Below, piece after piece: positions 27,601 through 38,982 of a stretch of DNA of 64,000 bases. Position numbers and translations under genes: made by a program. Every line of letters begins with the position of its first letter. Position 1 is the stretch's first letter. The stretch is from Klebsormidium nitens (lineage: Eukaryota > Plantae > Klebsormidiophyceae). The stretch is from assembly GCA_000708835.1 (NCBI GenBank), contig DF237014.1, positions 1 through 64,000 on the forward strand. Direction: 5' to 3'. The notes beneath the pieces are model-generated. The model ran no database searches, was not told the DNA's origin, and was given only the letters and a program-made list of their open reading frames with translations.

Positions 27601-30600
27601 CCGTTCATCGAGTCGTATCAGGACGGGAGGATCAAGGTCGTCGAGGTAAGCGTGGCCCGCAAGACTTTGACGATCTCGCTGACGATCTCGCTGAGATCAC
27701 CTCCCCTGAATGCAACAGACGGCATAGCGGCTAAGCCGGAGTGCGTGCCTATACAGTTCCTGTGCTTCAACCAGTTTGGAAGAGTCCGTGTTTTTAGTCG
27801 GGCTCTGGCTGAAGAAGTCCGCCGAGCATTGTTTTTTGAAACGGGGTCAGAGGACTCTGGCCGAAACAGTCGACGCGTCTTTCTACGCATCTTTTGGGTC
27901 GCTTCGTCTCCGAGATTGCCACACGGATTTAAAACATTTATACCTTGAACGAAGTATAAGCGACAACCGCAACGTAATTGATTTAAGCCGTCTCGTTCAG
28001 GTTCCCGACGAGACGTTGTGGGTCCTCTCCCGTGCCATGAACCTGGCGGCCCGCCACACAGCTGGCAATCGGATGCTCAAGGTGGACTCGGACACCTTCC
28101 TCGAAGAGGACTTTTTGGAGGCACACCCGTTAAACGAGACCGGGAAGGCGTTCTGGGCGGGAAATTGGAAAACGGCGCGGAATCAGAACGTGAGGGTGGC
28201 AAGTTAAGACAAGGTTTTGTCATGTTGAGTCAGGTTTAAAAGTGTTGATCTTGAGTTTGGCACGTCCTTTTAAAGGACCGGAGAAAACAACATTGGGTGT
28301 AGTGAAACTGCAGTGACCCTCTCAAGCTCCCCTCCCGTTCGCTCACGGAGGTCCGCGCATTGAGATTGGTTTTCTCGTCCATCTCAAGGAGTGCAAGTTC
28401 GCTATTGTTGAAATAGCAGAGCGGCAAAAGCATCCGAGTCGAAAAATATTCATCAACTTCTCTCGCTGCCTTCTATCGTCTCTCCTTCAATCTCGACCCC
28501 CCACGACATCCAAGAACTTTCTAGCAGATATTCCCTTCTCTCACAACGCTCCGGGCCGTTTATTGCAGGAGAAGCACCTCAACGGCGTCGTCTACTTACC
28601 ACGCGCCGAGTGGATACTCGTCAACGGCTACGACGAGTGCGTCGTATCGTACGGCTGGGAGGACGAGGACCTGTATCGACGGCTGGGAATGCACGGCAAT
28701 GTGCGCCAAGATTTCGACTTCACCAAGTTGCGCCACCTGGAGCATGGGGACGCGCAGCGGATTGCGAAGCAGCAGCTAGGCGACCGGGGGAGCGCCCCGC
28801 CCTGGCAGGCGCACATGAACATCATCATGATCAAGATTCTGAGCGGGATGCTCACGCCCTGGGACCAAGGCGCCGAGGTGAGGCTACAGTCGAAACCGTC
28901 TCTGCTGACTAGGAGCGTGTTAACTAAGCTTCGTGTCCGGAAGCAGAACGATGCGAAAGCCCAGAAATTGACAATCGGCGCTTGTACTCATCAGGGAACT
29001 GACTGCTTCGCCAGCTTCGTCAGCTTGCTCGCCTGTGCCACCTAATTTTGCTTGGTTACGCTCCCAACACGGAATCTTATCCGGGGCTTTTCGCTGGTTA
29101 GAAATAAGGGCGAGCCCTGTTTTCTGTTGTGAGAAACCGGAACGTGACACGAGTGTGCCAGCTTTTATGATCAAGCGTGCAGCCAAGGCCGCTGCAGACG
29201 ACTACTATCCTGCTTCCTGCAGCAGGTTCGTAACAAAAGATTTCCTTGCAGCGACAGACCTTGCGGCAGACACATAAGCAAACATTCTTTGCGGCGAAGA
29301 ACCTCCTATGTCGCAATGCAGGGTGCCCGATACAACTGCAGCCAAGAGGAGACCTGGGTCTGCGAGTGCGCCGTCTACAGCGTGCCTCCCCACCTGGAAG
29401 ACCTGGTTCCGCCGCACAGACTGCAGCTCGCGCAACTGGCGGCCCTGGGAGGAGAGGTGAGCCCGGCTAACGAAGCAGGAGTACATCTTTCTTTTATAAC
29501 GACCATGCTATCGTGCACGATATGCAGCGAAGTGATAAATAAAGTCATCGAGTGCCTCTCATCGCTTTGAGAGCAAGCGTGGCGTCAATCGTCTCTCATC
29601 TTGTCATCCTCCAATGAAGTGAGTTCTTCCGTAAACCGCAGCGACGGTTGCAGCTTCGTGAGCTCTCCGTGGTTGCCTGGCCTGGAAAGCTAACGTAGCA
29701 ACTTCTCTGACCTGGCAGATGGCATCACTTGTAAGAGCCTCTCTGACCTTGGGATCTCGATTATGGAACATTCTGCTTTTAAACCAGAGAGAATGCGCCC
29801 GTTTCGTGCTTTTAAACCAGAAAGAATGCGCCCGTTTCGTATTTTGTTCCGGCACGTCGAAGAAAGAAACTCAAGTGCATTCAAAATCTGTAAGTACAAG
29901 AGGAAGTCGTGGCTGACAATGTCCTTTATGCCCCGCAGCTTCGTTCGGTGACGGGAGCTGCGTTCGACGCCCCGACGTTGGCCAACGTCAAGTCAGAGGA
30001 GTGGTTCACCGAGCAGCTGCAGCTGCACTATCCAGCGGACACTGGAAGTCCTGTCATCGTGGCTCAGGTAAGAGCTGCTACTCTTCCCATGTAGCTTTTG
30101 CTTTAGGCTTCGACACCGCTGCTGGGAACTTTCGGGTCCGCTTCTGTTAAGGAAAGCGTGGAACGCCAGAAGCACAATTATTTTTCGTACGGAATGCTGC
30201 ACGTAAACATTGGCGAATCAACCGCAAACGCTCGGCTCGATGCGTCGCCTTTCTACGTCCCCTCCCGCGAATGACGACTCTTGAGTGGGCTTGTCTTTCT
30301 CCACAAGCTCGCTAGCAATCCCGGATGAGCGAGCGGTTTCTTGTCCAGCAGTGTCTGCCGGTCTTCTTTCTGCTTGACGTTGAGACCACCAGATTGCCAA
30401 CCTTAACCCACAAAGTCTGGCTTCTGCCTTCATATCCCCTCTCTCCTATCTCTTGTGTTTCCCCCTTTCGGCGTGGCCTCGTCTACAACAATTAATGGAT
30501 TTGTGACCAAATGTAAGCCCTATATGTCCACTGCATCCCTCAGACGTGCACCCTGTTCGCAGTTGCTGGGCTGCTGCGCAGCTCGGTTGGAGGGCCTGAT

Positions 30601-33244
30601 GATCGCACGCCGCCTCGCTCTCCGCTGGACCCGGCCGCTGCGCATCGTGTGGCAACCGTCCGAGCGCGACGGGTGCGCCGCCACTTTCTGGGACCTATTC
30701 ACACTGCGCAGCCGGCAACATACCCGGACGGATGTGCGGGAAGAGTCTGCTGAACGAGCAGAGGGAAAGTTGGGGACGACTTCAGAACGCGTGGAGATTG
30801 AGTCTGGAGGACGGGAGTCGGTTGTCCGCTCGGCGGAAGGCGCTGACCGGACCGGTGTGTCTGGGGCGAGCGGATCAGTGCGCGTGCCGCAAATCAGCGG
30901 CCCACGTTCAGATTCCGAAACCGACAATTCCGAGCTCGACACGAGCGCAGAGTTCAACCTGGGCGGCGTGACTGCCGAGGTGACAGAGGCGTTTTACCTT
31001 TGGGAGGTAACGAACGGCCTGTATGACGTCATCGACACGGTGACCTCACCCGGAGTGGGCCTGCCAGAGCGGGAGCCGGGCCAGAAGCACGTGTTCCTGC
31101 GGCTGCGGGTGGCGGAGGGGGCATCAGGGCCAGCAGTAGTGCAAGAGTTGAAGGTGGACGGAGCAAAAGCGGAGATGGGAGATGGGAACGGTCACAGTGA
31201 AGGCGCAGAAGGGGTTTCGGAAGCAGGAATGGGGGCTGATCGACTGAGCAAACGCTTAGCTGAACTGGGGCTTGAAGTAAAAGAGGGCGTCCCTCGTCCT
31301 TTCCTAACGATGGGTGACTCAAGTCTAGGTCCAGGGAAGGAAAGAAAGCCCGAAATGGGCAATCCGGGAAGAGACTCTCCGGACGAGAGCGTGACGTCAG
31401 CAGCCTGCCGGGACCCAGGAGCGCTCCTCGTGCGCCTGGGGGGATCCCCCCTGCAGCGCCTGCTCGGGCTGTCCAGTGCACACACCTTTGCGGCCGCGCT
31501 CGGGAGGCGGCTTGTCGCGTGGTGGCCGGCTGACGTGGCAAGCGCGGGGCTGACGTTTAAGGACGTGTTCGAGCGAAGCGACGTCGAGGTACGGACTGGG
31601 TCTGGCCCCGTGTTTTCTGGCGTCAGCAGGAGTGTTACCGGTTCTGGAGGCATGAGGAGGCGTCGGGGGAGGGTCCTGTTGGAAGAGCGACCGGGTGAAC
31701 CAGGCAACGAGGATGGGCGGGAACCCGGGCACGTAGACGCGGAGGATCACCAGAGAAAGAACAAGATGCTCGCAGAGTTGTTGCAGCGAGTGGAGGCCCG
31801 AAGGGAGCTGGAAGCGAAAAAAGCCGCATTGTACGGGGGAGGGGAGAGGGGGGGGCGGAAGAGGGCGGAGACGGGGAATCGGAGAGGTGTTTCAGAAGCT
31901 GGGGCCAGGGCCAACATTTTAAATCCGGCTGAGCGGCTCGTTGAGGGTTTGAAGGAAAGCGCAGCGAATGGGGAGAAAGTTGGAGCGGTTCGCGAGATTG
32001 TCGAAAAGACGGCGGCGCAAGGCGATGACTCCGGTCAGGAGGAGAATAAGAAAGCTGTAGAAGCAGAAGGAGCAAAAGCAAGTCTTACCGTCGAACAAAG
32101 GCGGGAAACGGTCGAATCAGAGGGATTGTTCGACGCAGGCCGATCCTCAAGTCGGTTCCCACCTAATGAGCCGCAAGTGATGTCGAGCGCTCCGGCAGAC
32201 GAAGGCAAGGCTCGTATGGACCCGATCGGAATGCTGGACTTGGACAATACCGGGCAACCTCTCCCGGTGCTTGAGCCCCTTCCTCGGGGGGGTCTAGCGT
32301 GGTATGCTTGGGACCCCCCGGCATGGGACTTGGGTGCCCCGGTTGTACCCCTGGCGGCTGCGGTGGGGAAGCACCTGCTGCTGAATCTCAATGGCACGCT
32401 ACCCGCGTTGGGAGACCATTTTGCCTCCGGGGGGGTCCCGGGTTGGAAACACAGAACGTTGCAGCCCGCGCAAGGGTTAGCCGATGCAGTAACCAAAGTG
32501 CGGAAGGCACTGCTAATAGACGGAAACAAAGACGATGCCGGACAGGATGGATCTAGGGAGAAGGATCCGGAAGGAGAAGTCGGTATGCAAACAAAAGGCG
32601 AGCAGGGATCAGTTGTTCTTTTCGTTAACGATGATACAATGGGCGGCTGCGTGACGTTGGATGCGGTCCTCGACCAGATGCTGCAATTGATTCCGAATCA
32701 AAACGATCCTCAGGCAAAGTCACGGTTGTTAGCGCGGCTTAGAATAGTGACACGTGGCAGCAGCGCCACGTCATCGGGCTCGGTTGGAACAATTAGAAGC
32801 ACGCCACGATCAGAGCTTGAATTGGGTAGCAGCGGGCCCGATGCTCCAGCTAGTCAAAAAGAAAGCAGTATCTGCGTAGAGGCCACTGAGTTGGCTCGAA
32901 AGCTGGTCAAAAGCGCGCACAAACAGACCCAGCCTCTCTGTCTGGCCATGCCAGATTGCCCGCCCCCTTTGACACCGCCCGCAGACCCCGCTAGCGAGCA
33001 GGATCTGACGCAGGGTGCGGACTCACTGCTTAAGCGCTCTAAAGTCGGTCATAGGGAGTCCTCAAGCGAAGCGACCGCCAGGCAGGAATGCCTCTTAGAA
33101 GAGTTGGCAATTATCAAGTTGGCGAGCGAGGGGGCTGAGCGCATCTTCTCGTTTGAGGTTGCTGCCGCTATCGACCTTGCAGTCGCTTGGGGTCCCGGCA
33201 GCAAGGGCTTTCATCGAATCGCCTGCTCAAAGACGCAACCATAG
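24624..33244 (+). CDS. Type II membrane multidomain glycosyltransferase: alpha-fucosyltransferase-like GT-B domain + GT2/GT7-like GT-A domain + degenerate FucT-like C-terminal repeats (~10 exons; last exon 30563-33244)
   Basis: N-terminal TM segment (WVPLGAMFVLCILAMYVSL). Fucosyltransferase motifs are HGLGNRLRAL, IGVHIR, FLAAD and ALADMYILSHSSQILGSLWSSFTE. GT-A motifs are EIVVVDWGS, LKVDSDT (DxD) and NGYDE...YGWEDEDLYRRL. GT-AG introns are in phase. The start codon is uncertain. Confidence 0.8.
29774..29840. repeat. 33-bp direct tandem duplication (2 copies, 1 mismatch) in an intron
   Basis: TGCTTTTAAACCAGAGAGAATGCGCCCGTTTCG is followed by TGCTTTTAAACCAGAAAGAATGCGCCCGTTTCG. Confidence 0.95.
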
Positions 33245-34484
33245 AGCTAGAGTGTCCAAGTATCAAGAGCACCATTTGTAGGGGTTCGATCAATGACGAA
33301 ATGTAGGGTTAATTTATTGTTGAGCTGTCTTCTTGACGTCGTAAGGAAAAGATTCAAAGGTTTACGTGGGCCCGATGTATTGGCGTTGTGAAGGTGGTTG
33401 CATTTCTTCAAGTCAATCATGTCGAGGAATGACCAGCTTCTTGCGTTTCCATCTGCGGTCTCGTTGTCCTGCTCTCGTATGGAGGTTTTCGCCAAGCTGT
33501 TAAATCAACACTAACAGACAGTCTGCAACGATATTGATATGCGAGCCGCTGAGCCATGCTGCAAATTTCATGAGGCGGAGCCACGTGTTCATGAGATGCA
33601 GCGTTTCGTTTGATTCAGATGTGGAGGCTCATATATTACTTTGCACATTAGATCGAGTTGCGCTGAATATTGTGCAAACTGTAAGTACTTGCAATCTCTC
33701 ACAGCTACTAAGCTAGGCGCCGGGCCTGCAAAGTAACACGTACATACAATGAGACATGCGCAGAATAAAAAGCATAAAGGGAATTGATGAATGAAGAGAA
33801 TTGTCAATCGAACTTGCAGACTGATTTATAGTGAAATGGTAGTCCGAGTTGATGCGCTATAGTTCGATCATATGCATCCACGTTACATTTTAGCAACGTC
33901 AGACTCGCATCTATATACAGCCAGGCTGCCTTAGGTGCCCTTGTCTTAACAGCCGGATGCGGACATGCGTGAGGTATGATAGGGCCTAGTCATACGGCAT
34001 CTCGGATCGGGCGACTGAGCTACTTCGGATCGAACGCTTTGAAGCTTTTTCAGTGCAATGACTCGGTGACGAGTTCATGTAGTGGAGAATCATGTATGTG
34101 AGGTGATGATTCGCAGCTTTCACGAACAGAACGGCTCAATTGAAGAATGTCATTATCTGCACTTGAACATCATCTAATCTGGAATTGGGCAAGAAGGTCA
34201 GGCTGTCAGCAACCATCTCTAAAGCGAAGGAAGGCGCAAATAAAGACCTTTTGTATATAAGAGATTCTCGGTCCTCGTTTGAATCATGGAATGTCGATCT
34301 ATGAAGAATGTGGTTTGCAAATTTGGGGGTAAATTGAGACTGGCTAAGGTGCTTGTTACATTGCGGCCCTTATCATCTATGGAAGCTAGCCCTACAAACA
34401 TTTGACCAAACATCCATGGCCTTCTTGCTCAGCTCCTTCCGCCTACAACTGGTCGCTGTCTTCCTAATCGGGCCTAGGTCGTGC

Positions 34485-34850
34485 TCAGACCCCGTAAGGA
34501 TCTTGGGCGCCCAGGAGGCCCATGCACTGCCCCGCAGTGGTACTGAAAGTGCGCGACGAGCCCCCCAATTCCTCCCACGACATGTGCGGGGGGCCGTGCG
34601 CAGCCCACCAGTCTTCGTCGATGAACCGCCCCGGCCTTCTCACCTTGTGCGTATGCAGTTCGTCGTAGAAGAACACCTCAACCGCGCCTTTCTTGGGCTG
34701 CTCAAGAACGGGGTCAAACACCGTGCACTTCATCTTGGTGCCGTCAGAGAGGGGCTTTACGGTTACTAAGGACAGGTATACTATGCCGTTCTTTCCGTTC
34801 CTGGGTGCGAGCTTGACCCATTCCCATATCGAGGGGATCTCCTTGGCCAT
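34485..34850 (-). CDS. Hypothetical 121-aa protein, no recognised family
   Basis: ATG in good context (CACAATGG). The ORF reads MAKEIPSIWEWVKLAPRNGKNGIVYLSLVTVKPLSDGTKMKCTVFDP..., has protein-like composition and is divergent from RPB9. An internal AAG|GTGAGA may be a splice donor. Confidence 0.35.
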   Translation of the reverse strand: MAKEIPSIWEWVKLAPRNGKNGIVYLSLVTVKPLSDGTKMKCTVFDPVLEQPKKGAVEVFFYDELHTHKVRRPGRFIDEDWWAAHGPPHMSWEELGGSSRTFSTTAGQCMGLLGAQDPYGV

Positions 34851-35521
34851 TGTGACTTCCTTACTCTGTTCCATTGATTGGCCCTTCCGCAAAAGGAATG
34901 AGCAGTCGCTTGTGCTGCTGGCCGCCTTTCCTTTTTGCTGTCGTGGCTCAGAATTAGCTTGCCACAAAAGTTTGGCGCACGTTACAAAACTAATTGTGCC
35001 TTCGCTGTCAGCTTCCTCGTTTGCAGATTGTACCCCACGAACTTTAGCTTGCTGTAGTCGAGCAACCGATGACGAGAAGACCCACAAAATTGACCAACTC
35101 TTTTGGCAATGTGACAAATTACGGCGCTCTGATCTATGTCAAGAAGCCTGAGATCCATGCACGTGGTACGCACCTGAAATCTTGCAACTCGAACTGTTCG
35201 TCAATAGTCCGTATAGAACCATATGCATGAATAAGACTCTGAATCGTCCTACACTATGCGGACTCTCCAAGGTCGTGCATGCTACGAAAGTGGGATTTAC
35301 CAATCGATCGCGCACCAGCGCCTCTTCAACGTACTCCAGCTCATGAAATTCAGTCTCAAAGACCGGTTCAGAATTGCAAAGCTTCTGACCATAAGATGCC
35401 ACAGCTCGATTGCCGCTATTGGGCACAACATTTTCATGTGAAGAAAGCCTAAAAGAGGAACCCAGTCGTTAGAGGGAACGCTTGCAAGCATCTTATCGAA
35501 TTTGCTAATCTTTGGCTAACC

Positions 35522-37785
35522 ATGCAGGCGATGACATTCTGCAAGGAGTGGTGAGAAAAACTATACGTATCAATTTGTTCTGTAGACCTCTGAGCTTCGA
35601 TTTGAGCCTCTCCACAGCAATCACGATACCCTCAATTCGTTAGTTCTGAGCAGTCTAAGGTGGTAGGCAATCTGTTTTCCCCCCAAGTCAGGCTTGTTGA
35701 TTCAAAGGTTGCTGCTTGCCCTGTTAAGCAGAACAAATGAGCCTGGCTGTCCTCTACCTATTGGATACGAATTTCCAGTCTCGTTTCGTCTTTCAACAGG
35801 AAGGAAACGTCTGCCCTCGTAAGCGAGAGGTCCTTCGGAGGGTTGGAGAAGAATGAAAAGTTTGAGATTTCGCTGCCCTGCTGCCGTGCTTCCGCAAGAA
35901 TGGAAAGTCAGACACGTTTGAATCGCAATAAGAAAGACCTGAATCCTCTGGATATGATCAGGAAAACTGATTGTTTGACAGGTGCGCATTCCTCAGCCTG
36001 CTTTATCAGATACTGAGCCTCTTCTTATCTGCGTATTGCGACTCACTTCATCTCCGTAACCCCTCGATCACCTTGTAAGTATGTAATTCCAAATTGGTCA
36101 GGTTTATTGCAGAAACTACGAAGTCCAAAAACTCAAAAGTTCCAGTCGAAGCGGAAGACTGGGACTCGTGATCTAGAAATACCGAAAACCACGACGGCTG
36201 CCTTGTGTTGCTTCTGATCACGCAACTTTGTCCACTTCGCAGCAACTTCATGTTGCACCCTCGCGAGAACAAGGAAGAGGAACGGCTGGAATACGTGTGT
36301 CTCAACTGCGGACAGTACAGCGAGACGCCGGACACTTCGTGCGTCTTTCGCCGCGTGCTGCAGCACAGCGAGCAGTGAGCGCGCGCGTTGTTCCTCTTTC
36401 TTCAACGGATCCGCGGCCACGAGAATATCTGCAGATCCCAGCGCGGGCTCAATTCAAGCTTGCAACTTTACGCCTTTGGCGTCCCTGTTGCACGCTGGTC
36501 TCCTTGGCATGTCAGCTTTCCTTGAGATTGTAAATTTTGCGAAGCAGTCCTCGGGCGGTTTGCTTATATTGATGGCTCTAGCGGCCATCACCTTCGAAAT
36601 CTGTCATTAGCGTGAGCACGGACGACCGATTTTTGACAGCAGCTTATTCTGTGGCCTTGTATTTTGTATCAGGATCAGGGAGGTTGCTGCAACGGAACGC
36701 AGAGTCTACCGTCCGCATATTCGGACTGCAATCCGTTCAAGCTTTCTGATCAGTTCAGTACGAACAAGAGAAGAAGAATCGCGACTTAACACTCCGGTAG
36801 CTCGACGCTTGATTCATTCCGGTTCCGCTGTGAACCGTGCAGAGAGCGGACGCAGATCCTGCAAGAGGGCGCGGTGGCGGACCCGACGCTGCCGCGCACC
36901 AGGAGCGTCCGCTGTCCGAAACCCGAGTGCGGACACCGCGAGGCGGTCTTCTTCCGCGTGGGCGCTGTCGATCCTTTGGAAGCCGTTTCGCCCATTCCTT
37001 CTGGTCGTTTGCTTATCTTCAAATTCGCCGCTTCTTGTGAGAGGGTCGCTCAGTATGCGAGGAAGACGTAACCACGCGAGGCGGTCTTCGCTTCAAGTGG
37101 GCGCTTTGCTTAGTGCCGAGCGTTTGGCAGCCATTTGGGAGCCACGAATTTTTCACATATAGACGGTATAGCGCCAGAGGTACCGTCGCCTACTCTGGGG
37201 CCCCGTACACCTGTGTAAGTCCGACCAATGCTCGTTGTCCCAAGTCTCCCGCTAGTTTGCTTGCTCTTTGCTCAGCATGTGAAAGGGATATGATGATGAC
37301 CCCAGATCTCCTGAGCTGTTTTCTGTTGGACATTTGGGCAGTCTGTGGGACATTGGGGCAGCATCTTCTTGGATTTTATGAGGGCTGAAACTTCACCCAA
37401 CTTCTTCCTAGGTCGTCGAGATCATTGCGACCGTGGTGGTAGTTGCATGAGTCCGTGCCAAACCAAGTAGCGAAGCTCAGGAACAGCGTAGCCAAGAATG
37501 GTACTTCAGAATGATGGAGCTGAGATAGTCTGATGTCTTTTGAAGTAAGACTCCTTCTAGTTTAGGGGGCGGTTTGAAGCACAAAGAAGGCCCACTGTGC
37601 TGACCTTACTTTGTCCACTCATTTTGTCGCGTAGAATATGACCTAAGCCCGTCCTTTGCGTTGACTCTGTTGCCGCGACCCGATTGCTTCAGTCCCTTGC
37701 CTTGCAGCCGAACGGTCGGGGCGAGGACGAGATGGTGCTCTTCTTCGCCTGCTGTAAGTGTGGGCACAAGTGGCGGGAACTTTGA
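35522..37785 (+). CDS. RPB9: RNA polymerase II (IV/V) subunit RPB9-like, 4 exons (35522-35550, 36243-36374, 36843-36957, 37708-37785)
   Basis: Spliced product: MQAMTFCKECNFMLHPRENKEEERLEYVCLNCGQ...ERTQILQEGAVADPTLPRTRSVRCPKPECGHREAVFFRPNGRGEDEMVLFFACCKCGHKWREL*. It has two Zn ribbons and the diagnostic DPTLPRT motif. Confidence 0.92.
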
Positions 37786-38464
37786 CAGAAAATCTACTCA
37801 ACTTCGGTATGATCTAAACAGTACGTCTTTGCTTTAAGCAGATTTGGTTCTAGAAAAGGCGTCGCTAGGTCAGGCCTGATCAAATGGCAGTCCTCGGCGC
37901 CGCAAGACTTCAAGTAGGAGAAGGAATGACGGATACACGGATCGAGTCGCAAACGTCATTTCAGAGCCATCAGAACAGTTATGGGTAACCCGTTATTAGT
38001 GTAGATGCTGGTCATTGGTGTGATGCCCACAGGGCAAAGGAAGTTTTGCGCATTCCTTTACAACGGAAGCTTTGAGACGGGTCCGTTCAAACAAAGAGAT
38101 TCGGCCATCTGACTGTCCATGATTTCCAGAGCGTCCACTTGAGTATGAAATGGGAGGAACTTCACCTCGTAAAGAGTACGAGGCACATATCCAGTCCCGA
38201 TCATGTTGCCTGGCTGGCATATGCACGCAGCAGACAGTGTTTTCAAGCCGCATGCTGAATGGGCATCACAATGGTTGGTCATCACAATGGCCGGGGTGAC
38301 GATTCAGAAAGGTGTAGATACGTTGGCTTTCACATTTTGAACTTGCTCAGTGCTGATCACAGTATGTTGTGCATTCTATATACGCCGACCTAGGAGCTCA
38401 GTGCCATGATGCTGCATGAAAAGGCGGAGTTTTGCTAAGTTTGTAAAGCGTCATTGCCGCGGGG

Positions 38465-38534
38465 CACGTGCGGATGCAAGCTAGATCGAAGTTCACACGT
38501 GCAGCTAGCGCGATCACGCGCATCTAGCTATATA
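38465..38534 (+). promoter_or_regulatory. Two G-boxes (CACGTG) followed by a TATA-like TATATA
   Basis: CACGTG at 38465 and 38496, and TATATA at 38529. This is a motif match only. Confidence 0.3.
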
Positions 38535-38982
38535 CTTACGTCGGAATGTGCAAGGGTTACAAAAGCGCATTGGCCCGCTCCTGGGCTGCATAGTTTGACA
38601 ACTCCAGCTCATTGTTCCAGTCGCGTTACGATGGACAGGATACACACTGGAATCATCCACGCGGGTTCAAACGAGAGGGGTCACGAAAAGACAGGGTGCT
38701 GGCACATTACAGTGAAAACCAGGAGCAAATATATATTGACGGGTGCTTGGATGATTTGGTTGGCCCAAGTCTTATTGCTTTTGGCTGCAATTTACAAGCT
38801 TCAGTTCATCTTGTCCTGGCTTACACGGGTAGTGCAAGACAAAGCAAGGTGGGATGCACGTGCAGCAGAGACGTCAATCCGCTGCGTCCTCCGTTCACAT
38901 ACCTTCTCATCCGCTCTGCTATGTATAGATACAAAGTTTCCGCCAAAATCAGTCTGCAGTATTAGGGTACTAGGAACACGTC

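Noticed and set aside
27668-27691. Scattered 10-20-bp tandem duplications (also near 18931, 21378, 42885, 43231, 52503)
   Set aside because: Each has only two copies with no regular unique spacers, so none is CRISPR-like. They are consistent with ordinary replication slippage in introns and intergenic DNA.
30520-32556. Long antisense and alternate-frame ORFs over the glycosyltransferase last exon, and similar ones over other genes
   Set aside because: These are shadow ORFs expected from GC-rich codon usage and carry no independent motifs.
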